This document shows positions 31,522 through 45,259 of a stretch of 64,000 nt of DNA, one piece after another. Each line of letters begins with the position of its first letter. Position 1 is the first letter of the stretch. The translations under genes and the position numbers were made by a program. Source of the DNA: Chrysomallon squamiferum (Eukaryota; Animalia; Mollusca); the NCBI GenBank assembly GCA_012295275.1, contig CM022670.1, forward strand, positions 38,440,001 to 38,504,000, written 5' to 3'. The notes beneath the pieces are model-generated. The model did not search any database and had not been told where the DNA came from. It saw only the letters and a list, made by a program, of their open reading frames with translations.

Positions 31522-32336
31522 TTCTCTTTTAGATAAACCGCCCACGAAGGAGGTGAACGGTACTGCAGATACACAATGTCTCGAGAAACGCCCAAAACAC
31601 AGTAACAGGGGAGAGGAGTTTTTATTTTATAATTAAAAAACAACAGAAAGGTTGCCAAATGACATAATGAATCTATTTTGCATCTAAATGTGTTATGGCT
31701 TAAAAACCTGAAATGTCTTGGGTTAGACAGCCGATATTTTCTCTCCTTGTTTGTTGTTGACAAGCGTTACCCCTCCGATTATGGACTCGTTTATACAGAG
31801 ACTGTTTCGAGAACCCTCAGAAACTATTGAGCAAAATCTCGAGGAATATAGGTCAACGCTACGTCGCATTATTATTTAAATTGTTTCATTGACCACAAGT
31901 GAGGGGAAGCCTGGTTTTGCGGGACAAAACAAAGCCAGTCTCGTTGTTCGGTAAACAAGTAGATACCGAAATATTTAGAAACACAATAAAAATAAAAACA
32001 AGTCACAACATTTAAAGTAATACAAAAAAAAATGTATTATTATTTTTTTTTAAATAGTTGAAAAATGAACATTTGTTTTTTAAATATACACTTTTTTCTT
32101 CAAATTTCTTTTTTTTTCTTCTTTTTTTTTTTTTTTTTCAGAATAGTACTCATTATGTTAACAATTCATAGTTAAATTAACTGTCTTTTCAAAAATTATT
32201 TCAGTTAAAATACTTTATGGACATTTTGTGATTTTAAAAGGCAGTCAGTATTTAATGGAAATAATGTGTATCATTTAAACAAATAAATTAATACTTTCAT
32301 TAATTTGAAAAAAAAAAAAAAAAAAAGAATCTATAT

Positions 32337-32380
<44 letters not shown>

Positions 32381-32765
32381 CTTTGTTGTGATATTTCAGA
32401 TGTAAAATATTTATAAATATATTTTTGGTACTTGTTTTCACTTATATTATCTGATTTAATATATATGTATTATACAACTTGCTTCATTTTTTTTTTTTTT
32501 TTTTTTTTTCCAACCAGTACACGCTAACTGCGCTAAAAATTTACACCGATCTGATCAAACTAGATAATTGGCAAGTCGCCAATACGTCTTTGTCGCCGTA
32601 CCACATGATGTTGGATCTGAGCGGTTTTGAGGCACTCCAATGCTTGCTATAATTAACTATCCAATAGAGAGTTGCCATTTGACAGGTCTACTTGATGTTG
32701 GCAAGGCAACGAGGTCAGTGTCGTCCTTGATGGCTTGACAGGTGCGTGACAGTTCAGCGCTCAGC
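31522..32765. promoter_or_regulatory. Divergent (bidirectional) promoter region of ATG10 and SSBP
   Basis: Start codons are 1.24 kb apart, with two CpG-richer patches. CCAAT boxes at 32579, 32637, 32661 and ATTGG at 32567. A YY1-like AAATGGCGGC overlaps the ATG10 start. Confidence 0.7.
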
Positions 32766-32821
32766 ATGTACGCCAAAGGGAAAGGATCTACTGTTCCCTC
32801 AGATGCTCAAGCAAGAGAAAA
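32766..32821 (+). CDS. SSBP3: SSBP exon 1
   Basis: [24 protein letters not shown] donor. Confidence 0.96.
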
Positions 32822-35800
32822 GTGAGTAGTTTGCAGTATGAAAAGTAAAATATAAACGATGCACATATTTTGCTAAAGCTTCCGCGCTATCCCTCGTTTC
32901 GATCGTATATCCCCTTTGTGTGTTAGCATGCTGTTGCACCTGGCATAACACACGAGGGGATGCCCCATTCAACTGTATTACACAGGCTATTCCGGTTTGT
33001 AAACATACCCAATAAACTTCGATTTTAGGTTTGAATTTAGTCGCGTGTACAAGTCTTTTCTTCTGATTAACTAGAACAATAATAAGTTTACATGTGTAAG
33101 ATAATCTACCGCAGTTTTCACTTCCGGATTTTTCTTATGTCGTTTGTAATTTCCATAAACATGATTGTGGCTGAAAACACGTTGCAACCATTGTTGATAT
33201 AAATGGCTGCCTCCATTGAACTGTATCGGAAGTCTTGTTTACATGTTGTTTTAACAATAGTATCTTCTCTTTTTCTTTCTTTTTTATTTCAGATTAGCAT
33301 TATACGTATATGAATATTTATTACACGTTGGGGCCCAGAAATCAGCACAGACATTTTTATCAGAAGTGAGTATTTTAGGAGTATTAACTATCGTGTGTTG
33401 AGTTGATTCATTTCGGCTTTATTCAAGTTGAAACACTAATAATGTGTGCTACTATAGTAGATCATATTATCAGGCTTTTTAAATTTGTTCTTTATTATCA
33501 TTATTTTCATTGTTCCAGAGTATATTTTCAAGCCAATTAAATATTTTCATTTTTATTTTTGAAATAATTTTTGGTTTGTTTAAACAATTACCAGATGAAA
33601 GTATATGTGAGAGACAAAATTATTTAGTCTTTGCATACACATCAGCATATTGTAGTGTTTTTAAGTACTACTAGTACACTAAACTATTGTCTTGGATCAG
33701 TTTTTATCATGTTTGTACATTTACTATATAATTAAACTGAGAAGAAATGAATACAAGTCACAGCATATCATAAAGAATATTCTGATATTAGGTTTCAAGA
33801 AAACAGTATTTAAAAACCTAAAAAAAATCTAAAATAAATAAAAATAATGGTAACATTTCACATTTACATTGTAAAATATTGCTACAATTGATGTTATTTG
33901 TTATATAACATGTTGATATGATTCTATTATCAGAAACCATGTTTCTCTTTTTGATACAGATACGATGGGAGAAAAATATAACATTAGGGGAGCCACCTGG
34001 GTTCTTACATTCCTGGTGGTGGTAAGTATTCATACCTGAACAAATACTACAACATTAATCACACAAAATATACTTTACATTAACCGTACTAGCTATTTAC
34101 ACAATGCTTACTAACACCACTGGATATAACGTAACTGTTAACCTATGTTATGTATTAACACAAAGAGTACATTGGTATTATGTATATACAAAAATATCTT
34201 GCTTTTCTGGGTATCATGTATTTGCACAATATTCACTTTAACTCTTTACTGTGCATTTATACAAAGTGTACATTTTCATCATTGGCTACTAACTCCTCAT
34301 CCAGCTTAACTTGGTTTGTCAGGTATTTCAGAGTGTGTGAAAAGTTGGTGTATTTTGGTTTTGATCAGGTGCAGTGAGTTCATGTCAAAAGTATTGTGGA
34401 TAAATTGCTTTTAGTCTTCAGATTTCAGATTATGATAGTAAATTACTTTTCTGTTATGGTCATGGTTTCATAATTAGACTACAGTATATTTAAATTAAGA
34501 CCATGGCATATTTCATAGTAGTCATCTACTTCCAAAGTACAACCATGGTATTTTTCATTAGCAGTAAACTACTTTCAAATTACAACCATAGACATTTCAT
34601 TGTAGTAAACTACAGCCATGGTATTTTTCATACAAGTAAACATCTTTCAGATTATGATCACAGTATTGCTTATACTAATTTTCTTTTAGATTATGAGTGT
34701 TATATATTTATAGTACACTTTCAGATTGTGACCACATATTTCAGATTATGATTGTGGTATGTTTCATAGTAGTAACCTGTTTTCAAATTCCAGCCATGGT
34801 ATATTTCGTATTATTAAACCATTTTCCGATTATGACCATGGTATTCTTCTAGCAGTAAACAACTGGTAGTAAACTGCTTTTAGATTACATGTGGTGTGTT
34901 TCATGGTAGCAAACTGCTTTCAGTGTATGAAAAATGTATTTGTTTTATGATAGCTGAACGTTAAAAACTATGATGCCAGTTGTTGTTTGATGATGAGCAT
35001 CACTTCGTGACAAAAGATAACCATTTTCATATCAGCAGGACTACTTTCAAACAGTGTAGATGTTCATGGGAATTAAGGATTATCATGGAAGTTAATCTTC
35101 ACCTATAATTATAACTATTTGTGCATTGAACAAAAGGAGACCGTGATGCTGTTGCTACAGATACTTTCAGATTAACAAAGATAAATATAGACATATAAAA
35201 CAAAGTAAAAAATTATTTTTGGATGAATAACAAGGGTGATAACATAACCACTGCAGTTATTTCATGTTCCTGTCATTCCTCAAAAACAGACATACAGTTT
35301 TATCATGGAACCGATTTTAAACTAAGGGAAGCTGGTCAAGATAGGACATGTGATAAATAGAGGGACTGCTTTTAGAGTTAGCCATTTGAGAATAGAGTAA
35401 TATTATGATAAAGTTGATAATATCATTTTTAAATTTAGTAAACTGGCATTTGGTAGTGTATCATAAGAGTTCTTGTTCAGATGAAGTTTTGATTTTTTTA
35501 TAGTTCTGCTGTTTGACATGTTCATTGTGAAGGAAAGCAGTTTCTTGAATTCTGTATGATAATTATTTCAGATACCTACAAATAATCTAATCCATAACTT
35601 TGTGATCTAAATTTTTGCAAAAATAGAAATGTTTAAGGAAAATAAAAAGCTTCTTTATATTTCTGCCTGCTGTAAATGTACCTTCAAGTTGATTAGTCTT
35701 AAGAGTATGTATAGATTAACTTGACACCGTTTTCAAGATATTCACTTCTTTCAATTTGTTGTCCACAAATAAGCTTTATCATTATTTCAGTATGTTGTCC

Positions 35801-38132
35801 ACAAATAAGCTTTAACATTCTTTCAGTATGTTGTCCACAAATAAGCTTTATCATTCTTTCAGTATGTTGTCCACAAACCAGCTTTGTCATTCTTTCAGTA
35901 TGTTGTCCACAAATAAGCTTTATCATTCTTTCAGTATGTTGTCCACAAATAAGCTTTATCATTCTTTCAGTATGTTGTCCACAAATAAGCTTGATCATTC
36001 TTTCAGTATGTTGTCCACAAATAAGCTTTATCATTCTTTCAGCATGTTGTCCACAAACAAGCTTTGTCATTCTTTCAGTATGTTGTCCACAAATAAGCTT
36101 TATCATTCTTTCAATATGTTGTCCACAAATGAGCTTTGTCATTCATTCATTATGTTCACAACTAAAACTAAATGATGGTTTGACCGTTTCATGTTTGTTT
36201 ATTTTGTTCCTGTTTCAGTGTGTTTTGGGATTTGTACTGTGCAGCACCTGAAAGAAGAGAGACATGTGATCATTCTAGTGAAGCTAAAGCATTTCATGAT
36301 TATGTAAGTATTGTTTTTTTATTATTAACATTTCTTTATCAGTTTGTACAATAATGAGAGAGACGGGAACTCACTAACACTACTATTTATATTGATTAGT
36401 AGAAAGAGATCTGTTGAAGACACACAGAACTAACTCAGCATCTGAATATTTTAATGTTAATGATTTTTAGGTGTCAGTAATTGTTTTATTTTTTTAAATT
36501 TAATTTTGTTATGAAAGGAAAACCTAACTTCAGTCACAAATTAGACTACTTAAATTAATTAGCAGTAAAAAAAAGTCAGATGATTGCACCTGCCTGATAA
36601 CAGGAAACAATATACCATTGCTTTTGATAAATATATGTGAGGCACTAGTTGGAATGGTAAATAAATTATAAAAAAAACGGAGACATTGAGCATAGATGCT
36701 GTACCTTCTCTAGTGAAAAAATAAACAATTGTGGTTTAAAAAAAAAAAGTGACACAATGACATGTCTCAAAACATTGGTATGTGCTTACATGTCTTTATG
36801 AAAAGACCTTCTGCAATGATGAGCTATAGTATAGAGGCTGGTTTCCTTTCTTGTGTATTATAGAAAACACATAAACAATTAGTGTGAATTTAATCATGTA
36901 TATTTTTTTTACTGAACATAATTTAAAAAAATTTAGTATCTGTTAACAATAATCATAGGTGCTTTGTAAGAATTGCATCAGATGTTCATTTATGTATGTA
37001 ACATACTTCATGAAACCAGTACATGCATAAACTGTTACCATGGGCAACATGTTTTGTTAGTTACCTTAAAACAAACTGCTGAAAAAACTGTTATAATTAT
37101 AAAAAAAAAAAAAAAAAAAAAACAACAGTAATGGAGTGAATCCTTTTCTGAAATTGTATGATCCCAAGAATAAGTTTAATTTTAAATGTGTCTAAATTTA
37201 GTTTATGATGTTGAAAACATATGGGAAAAAGAGTTTTTTTTAAAGTGTACCTTTAGTGACATGTATGAATGATGTAGAAATAATCAAAATATACATTTTT
37301 TTTTGCTTTTTGCCATTGAGTTTGATCAATATCATTAGAGTATAATTATGATTTTTTAAAATTATTTTATGACTTAGAAACATTTCAATATAAAAAAAAA
37401 ACATATTGTCAGTCTACATAATCACATAATGCTGATTTCTGTTGTGTCATCATCTACTGGATGTCAGTTTACAAATTCTAATATATGTATTCCATTAAGA
37501 AAGGTTTAAAGTGCACATTTCAACAAATAAGACAGTACATACCATAAACTAGATTTAGAACACTGGTTGGAATGGTTAACACAGAATGATATTTGATCCT
37601 GAGACTCATTGTCAGTGATTATAAACCTAACTAGTAATCTGGCAACTGTTCCATCGTTTCAAACACACATATCTTAATGATTTCCTTTTTTTTTTTTTTT
37701 TTATATATAAAAAAAAAAAAAAATTCAAAGATTATTTTAAACTTAGTAAATAGGCATATGAACACTGGATTGCTTCCTTGTGTATTTTCCATAAAACGTC
37801 ATACACTTTAACTTGCTGTATATGAAGTTTTTGTTTCTTTTGATTATATTCATATTTGAAATTAAAGTAATTATTATTCATTTATTTATTTTAAAGTTTT
37901 TTTAAAAACTGATAGTTGTATACATTGGGACTGTCTCTGTGTCATTGTTGATAATCTGTGTCAGTACATGTTAAACTGAACAAGATTTCAAGATGAACCA
38001 GACATAAAATTCCACATAATTAATGAGCCAGAATTTCCCTCCTGTTTGTAACTACTACTAAAAAAAAACATGGCTGGTAAATGTATATTTCAGATTCTTC
38101 TTTTCACTGTTGTGGATTGTTTTATGATTATG

Positions 38133-38165
<33 letters not shown>

Positions 38166-38186
38166 TTTTATTATTATTTATTTATT

Positions 38187-38264
<78 letters not shown>

Positions 38265-39129
38265 CAGAAAAGATATTATGTAGTCCACTATTAATATAAT
38301 GTATATTTCTAGTGGTACCACTGTTATTATTTTTTTTTAGCTTTTTTTAAATTTGTATTTTATTTGGATGGGATGGAAATAAATTTAAAATTTTTACCCA
38401 GATAACATTTGCAGATACATACTGAAAAAAAATATAAAATAAAAAAATTACGTAATTGCCTGACAAAAAAAAAAAAACCCCAAAACTTTCAACAATTATT
38501 AAATGAGACCAAAGTTTCGCGTGTCAAGATTTTAAAGAAATGTTTTGTGTCCATCAACATGACTGAAAATGGTGCCATGAACACGAAGTTCACGTTGTCT
38601 TGGTGTTGTTTTATGACATCGTTAGAGTGACAGACTAAAATCAATACTGTGGTACTAGCTGCTGAGAGAGACTTAGAGGTGTTGGCAAATGTCACCATGC
38701 AAATCACACAGTGGATTCTTCCATGCAACTGGTTCGCACTAACATTTCTGTGTTACATCTTCATTGCACGTGCATGTGTTGATTTCTTTACTTGCTGTGC
38801 AATGTCTGTACTTGAACGTGTATAATTTTCTAGAAATGATTCAGAAAATAGTTTGTGAAGAACAACTTTTTAGTCTTTTTCTCTGGTTGCTCTAGGGGTT
38901 TTTTGTAATTTGTTTTGAGGTTTTTGAGGGTTTTTTTAAAGTCTAGATAAGACCATGTTCATGTTTTTGTGTTAGTTTGCTGCTTTTAAAATATAGAGAG
39001 AAATTTATTTACTGTTGGATATTTTCTTTTGTTAAAATAGTGTGTTTTAAATAAATCAATAAATAAATAAATAAAATGGTAAAACCACATTCATAAACTT
39101 TCTAAGTAAATAAAATTGTTTTATTAATT

Positions 39130-39170
<41 letters not shown>

Positions 39171-39502
39171 TTTATTTATTTTAATATTTAAAGAAAATCT
39201 GTAGATTTATTAGGTCTGTTAACAAAGAGAAGTTCAGTTACAGAATTTATATAGATATTTTTTTTTTATCTGTTAGAGAAATTCAAGTATTAAGTTTTTT
39301 CAGTATCTGTTAAAGATTGAAATTCCACAATTAAGAAATTGTGAACATAAAATATTGATTTGGTGAAACAAGTTTATGGATGTTCTTTTTCTAAATATAA
39401 AAAAAATCAACAATCTGACCTACTTGACAGAAACAAAACAGGATATAATTTATTATAATTTTATATTCATATATTTGTATATGTAGTGTGATTGGTTTTT
39501 TA

Positions 39503-39551
<49 letters not shown>

Positions 39552-41823
39552 GGGTTTGAATTTGCATAAATGTATTTGGATGATATTATTAAATCTCATG
39601 AAAACTGTCAAATCTTAAGTGTGAATTCTAATTCCAAAATTATGTTTGTGTATATAATCATATAAAATTTAAAAAAAAAAAAAAAAAAAAAACCCAACCT
39701 TATATGCAGTCGATATTTCACCAAATGAGTTAAAATGAAAGCCTTTCTGTGGCTTAAAAACAATTAAGTGAAGCTCTAGGATTGTATTTCAGAACTAAAC
39801 ACACATCATCTGAAATTTCCCATCATCCAAATTAATACATATGTTCTGGGAATACATAAACTTTAATTTTTTAAATGTTAAAAAAGAAACTTGGACAAAA
39901 ACTGAAGCCATTTATATGAATTCTTTAAGTAAGCCTTTCTGTACATATCCAAACACGACTATCACAAATGTACATATACTTCATCTCTGTGAAGGCCAAT
40001 GTGACCATAAATACTATGCATGGCCATTTACATGCTGTATCTTTATTTATGCCTAGTTATTCATAAAAAAAATTATAATTAAAAAAATACAGGCATGTCA
40101 TCATGATACATGATGAAGACTGATAAAGTAACTTTCCACAGATACAAATGGTTCAGATCAAGTATTATTAATTTGAGCAGGCTTGTCTGAAAATGTGAAT
40201 TTATTGAGTATTAAATTAAATTTAAATGGACAGGCAAAAGGGAGCTGACGGCCAATTCATGTGGCCAGTTTTAAGTAACTGCCGACACAATTGCAAGTAT
40301 GTGAATTTACAGATCAGTGCTTGAAGGGAGCCATCTTGAATCTCTGTTCAGTGTTCAATGTTAAGTCATGTATTGATTTGAGAACAATGGCCAGAGCCCA
40401 ACAGACCGTGACTGGTTGTTATGGTCATACTTTGTCTTCAGATGTCCTGTGTTCTCAGCAGCGGCCATCACCACGCGAGAACACTGGATCTGCTGGTCGG
40501 TCAGCCGTGACTGACCAGATGTCTGTCCACCTGGCACATTGCTGTGTTTAACCACTGCAGTATGACCCTGGTCCTTTTTTTTTTTCATGGGGCTATTGTA
40601 CTCCCATCAAGTTCTTGATGTGCTTGTGTCTGAAGTACTAGTGATTTCAAAACACATAGCTTTGTCAGACCGTTTTAGACTTAATGTTTTTTTTTTCTTT
40701 CTTTCTTTCTTTTCTTTCTTGTTTTTTTTTAATTTTTTATAATTGGTCCTTTATGAATTAATTTTTGTTAAAGTTTATATTAATTTTATTTATTTTATTT
40801 GAGTTACTTTTATTTCAAGAAAACCATAATGAATTATTTATAATAACATTTAGGCATATATATATATATTGGTATGCCTTAATTTTATTTCATTTTCGTG
40901 CAAGTAACTTCTATTATCCCAATTTATAAAAATATTTTGCGAAAGCCAAGGTGTTACTAATAAAAATTAAAAAAAAGTCCAGAAAATATTGAAAATGTAA
41001 TAATTCCTCTGTCTTTTTAAGATGTGATTTGTTTCATAATGTGTAGAAATTAGTCTTGTAAACTTTTGTAACTCAATATGCAGCTGTTACTGTCTGATTC
41101 AGCTTTTCCTCATTGTTTTCACATCACCACACAGATGAGAAAGTAGATAGATATAAAATATACACACACACACAAAGTGTCTTACTCTCTTTTGTTAACC
41201 GAGTTTTTGGGTTAACAGCAAAAAAATTGTCAAAATGTTTACGGTAAATCATTGTTTGTACCATCATTTTTTTAAATAATGTATATATTGTTTAACTATC
41301 ATTAGTTATTTTTTTTATATCTAAGACTGTAAACCATTTTAAACTTTTTTTTTTAGTATAATAGAATAATAGACTCTAAGACTGTACTAATACATATTAT
41401 ACATTATTTCCCAAACAACAAAATATATAAATAAAGTATCAGTAAATTACTGCTTGTGTTAGACAATTTTTACATTACACTTTTTCTTACCTTCTTGGTT
41501 TTTATTCAGTCATTTCATTGCCTTGAGCATTTTCGAACAATAAAAATGAAAACACAAACTTAAAGCCTACAAAAAAAATTGTTCCAGTGACATTGTAAAA
41601 GAGCATCTGATTGATATGTACAGTGTCAGTAGTTTACTTGTTGTAAAGCGTATCATCTAACAGTTGACATTAATAATTGTATAGATAAAAATAAATAATA
41701 ATAATTAGTGGTTTTTAAGCATATCACCACCATCTGTAGCTACAAGAAAGTATGTGTAATTTCAATCATTTTTTATTTATTTTATTTATTTCAAAAATAA
41801 TGTCAAGTATGAATACACCATCA

Positions 41824-41854
<31 letters not shown>

Positions 41855-43352
41855 ATTTGCTACTACTATATTATAATGATATATAATGAATGAATAAATT
41901 CAACTTAATTTTCTCTTTCTTTTTTTTTAAATTATTAACTCTTCATTGGAGTACTTGAAATAAAAAAGATAATAATAATAATAAAAAATAATAGTAATAA
42001 TAAAAAAAATTAGGTATCTAACAAAAGCCAGTACAACATAGGCTTGGACAACAAGAGTCTATTTGAAAATGTACTGGGAAATTTTCTATTGTCATGGCAA
42101 CCTGACTCCCCTCAAAAATAGACTGATCTTCTTCAGTTGATGACTATTTTCTTGTGAAGACCAGTTGGGCCAGATAGAGAACAGTCATTGCTATGGTAAC
42201 AAAAATACTGATCAAATCAGAACCATTTACACACACAACCAAACCATAGCAATATGTAGAACCATATGTTTAATTAAGTTTTCAAAATTTGCATGCCATG
42301 AGGTACCGTTGAAATGATACCCACCCCAATGGAAACCGCAGACAATTAAAAAAGAATGCTCGTACTAAGCTGATATTTTAAATGTTTTATTGATTTTTGT
42401 TCTTATTTTTTATTTTATTTTTTTTAAGTAGAATGAAAAAAGTTGATACACTTAAATTAAAGAAATAAAGAAAGAATAAAAGAAATAAAAATAATAAAAA
42501 TTATATACTGTATTTTCACTATCATAAGAACTTAATGAACATGAAGTGAAAAGTATGTGTTGCATTTAAACACATTTTAATGATAAACAAAGATAGATTA
42601 AAAGAAAAATGAAACCAAAATCCCAAATAATAATAATAATAATAAATATAAATTCCTATTTTTCTAATAACCAAATGCATAACTAAAACTGCCTGTTGTG
42701 TTTGTATTGTGTATTAATGTTGTTCGTTCCATATTTTTATATCTTACAGTGAAAATTGTATTTAAAAAAAAAAAATGTCCTGGGGTCATTTTTCTATCTT
42801 GGTTACTAAACAGTATTCTAAAATTAATCTAAATGATTTAGAATAAGTCTTCTAAAGGAAGATCCATTTTACTTCCTAATGATGTTATTTTTAACACACA
42901 ATATATTCACATCCTTTTGTAATAATATGTGAAAAATTAACAGAAACTAAAAAGCCCCTCAGTAATCATTATTTGAAAATTCAAGAATGCTGTGATGGCT
43001 GTCCCTACCATATGAATGTGTAGGCCTTGTTAAGACAAATGAATAATACACAAAACAGATAGTATGTGCTCTCCTAACTGAGGTAAAAAAGAAATATGTG
43101 TGCGTGTGTGTGTATATATATATATATATTTAAGTTAGTACATAGATTGCTGGATATATATATATATATTCTGTTTCTTGTTAAATATTGTTTCATTTTC
43201 TTTATTCATTAATTTATTCATTGGTCATTTGTGTTAATATCATGTATAAATAATTCAAATTTAATTTTAAAATTTTATTTTAAAACAAATTTGTTTGTTT
43301 CTCTTTTCAGGGTTTTGTAAATTCTGGTTACAGTGTAAATGGTATAGGCCCG
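32766..43352 (+). CDS. SSBP3: Single-stranded DNA-binding protein SSBP2/3/4 (Ssdp, LDB1/Chip cofactor), LUFS/LisH N-terminus. Partial, continues beyond window
   Basis: Exons 32766-32821, 33293-33365, 33960-34021, 36219-36303, 43311-43352 give [106 protein letters not shown]. No further exon was recognised up to 64000. Confidence 0.97.
33293..33365 (+). CDS. SSBP3: SSBP exon 2 (LisH)
   Basis: [24 protein letters not shown]. Confidence 0.97.
33960..34021 (+). CDS. SSBP3: SSBP exon 3
   Basis: [20 protein letters not shown]. Confidence 0.97.
34410..34930. repeat. Degenerate ~40-bp minisatellite (TTTCAGATTATGACCATGGTATTTTCATAGTAGTAAACTAC-like)
   Basis: Recurrent TTTCAGATTATGA, CCATGGTA and AGTAAAC motifs. 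Confidence 0.7.
35745..36145. repeat. 36-bp minisatellite x11 (ATTCTTTCAGTATGTTGTCCACAAATAAGCTTTATC)
   Basis: TGTCCACAAA recurs every 36 bp from 35760 to 36120, with no spacers. Confidence 0.97.
36219..36303 (+). CDS. SSBP3: SSBP exon 4
   Basis: [28 protein letters not shown]. Confidence 0.97.
36517..36660 (+). mobile_element. Old dispersed repeat (SINE-like) fragment. Related copies at ~37490-37610 (+) and ~62735-62822 (-)
   Basis: Shared core ACAG..A(C/T)ATACCAT..CTTTGATAAA..CACT(A/G)GTTGGAATGG in three places. Confidence 0.5.
43311..43352 (+). CDS. SSBP3: SSBP exon 5 (42-nt symmetric mini-exon)
   Basis: Strong TTTCTCTTTTCAG acceptor and GTAAGT donor. [14 protein letters not shown] resembles the recalled Drosophila Ssdp sequence after HDY. 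Confidence 0.88.
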
Positions 43353-43879
43353 GTAAGTACCTTTTATTTTTATTCTTTATTTAGAATTATTATTATTATT
43401 ATTATTACAATTAACACAGCTTTTAATTGTATTCATAACGGTAACAACAAATGTTCACCACATGGGACATTATCAAAAAACACAACAGTCCAGATATGTG
43501 AATATTACAAATATAATAATAATAATAATAATAATAATACATGTAAAGATTTCCTGCAACTTGTTTTGTTTCTTGTTTTTCATATTAATTGATACAGATT
43601 GCGACTCCACTCTGAAATGCATCTATTGTTTGTAAGACTGCATTGCTCAAGTTGTACTATTAATTTTCCTAAGAAAAATTTCACCGTGAAGAAAAATTAT
43701 GTGCAGCAACAATGGTTGTTTGTAATAATTCTTAGGTGTTGAATTTCAATTCTGTGAATGGTGAACAGTCATTAGCACCTGCTGATTTTGTTGCTGAGAG
43801 TGAAAAAAAAAATGAAAATAACAGAATGTTAATTAATGTGTATAAGTTTGGGGTGGGGTTGACCCGCACATAAATCTTG

Positions 43880-44055
43880 AGATGGAGTAAAACTGGATGT
43901 GAATTTGTGGTTGGGGTAAAACTGAATGTAAATTTGTATGTGCGATAAAACTGGATAAAATTCTATGGATGGGGTAAAACCAGATTTAAATTTGTGGATG
44001 GGGTAAAACCAGATTTAAATTTGTGGATGGAGTAAAACGGGATGTAAATTTATGC
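43880..44055. repeat. 29-bp minisatellite x~6 (GGATGGGGTAAAACCAGATTTAAATTTGT)
   Basis: Direct periodicity. Confidence 0.85.
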
Positions 44056-44793
44056 TTGGGTTAAGACAAAACAAGCAAGTATAATACAAACTGAGAAATA
44101 AATAATTTCTAAAAAAAAACAAAAAAAACAAAAAAAAAACACCAACAAACATTGTTATTAATTACATTTTATTGTGAGTGACTGTTCCAGAGAAAAAAAA
44201 TTATCAATCATAAAAAAAATGTTTCTTTTTATTAATTATTAGGGATGACTGTAAAGAGACTTGAGTCTGCAATCAAATACATTATCATAGATTTAAACCA
44301 TTTGACAATTTAGAGATGTTTTAGTATTACAACATGGAATATTTATGAGCAACCTGGATACATATTAATGGTTGTGAAACCTAGCATAAAAACGTCCATA
44401 ATCAGGATCAAAATGTACATCTTGCTGCAGTAAACTAATAAATGTGTTAAATTCAGAATCAGCATTTCTAAAATTTTAATTGCAAAATATTAAACATATT
44501 ACATAGTTGACATTTTCAGCAGTTGTTAATAATATTTATAAAAATTTCCACAGACATAGATTTTAGGTTCGTGGCATCAAATTTATCAAATTTCATTTTG
44601 TACATGTCGTTTGTCAGTCTTTGCATTGTTCATTAAAACGGGGAATAATTAATTAAAAAAATAAATGTATGTTGTGTATTAAATGTATGTGTATGTATGT
44701 ATACAAAAACAAACATACATACATATATTGATACATAAATACATTCACACACACACACACACATATATATACAAATATTTACATACATAAACA

Positions 44794-44846
<53 letters not shown>

Positions 44847-45259
44847 TTTTTTTAATAGTATTAAAGTTGAGAGTTGTAAACCAATAGACATCTATCATGT
44901 AGTGATTACCAATGATTCTGTTCTATAAGAATTAGCCATTAACTTCACATTTCTCCAGTGCTGAAGTTGAAACAAAAACCCAGAAAAATGAAACTGATGT
45001 ATGAAACATGCAACTGTTAATCATTTTTGAAACAGATCATCATGAACATCTGTTTTATGCTGTTTCTCAAATGAATTTTTCTTCTGATTTTATAGAGAAA
45101 TGGTTTTTTTTAATTTATTTATTAAAAAATTCATTAAAAATTAAAAATTTATTTTCTTAAGGTTATCGAAACTGTGTTATATGGATTTTAGTTATCTTAT
45201 GTTATGTTAAAGAGAATCTTTGTAACACAATCATGGCAAAAAAAAGAAGAATTATGTTC

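Noticed and set aside
35699-36251. CRISPR-like array, or repeat proteins ([12 protein letters not shown])n from the ORF track
   Set aside because: Contiguous 36-bp units with no unique spacers, eukaryotic intron context, and ORFs that arise from a stop-free 3n repeat.
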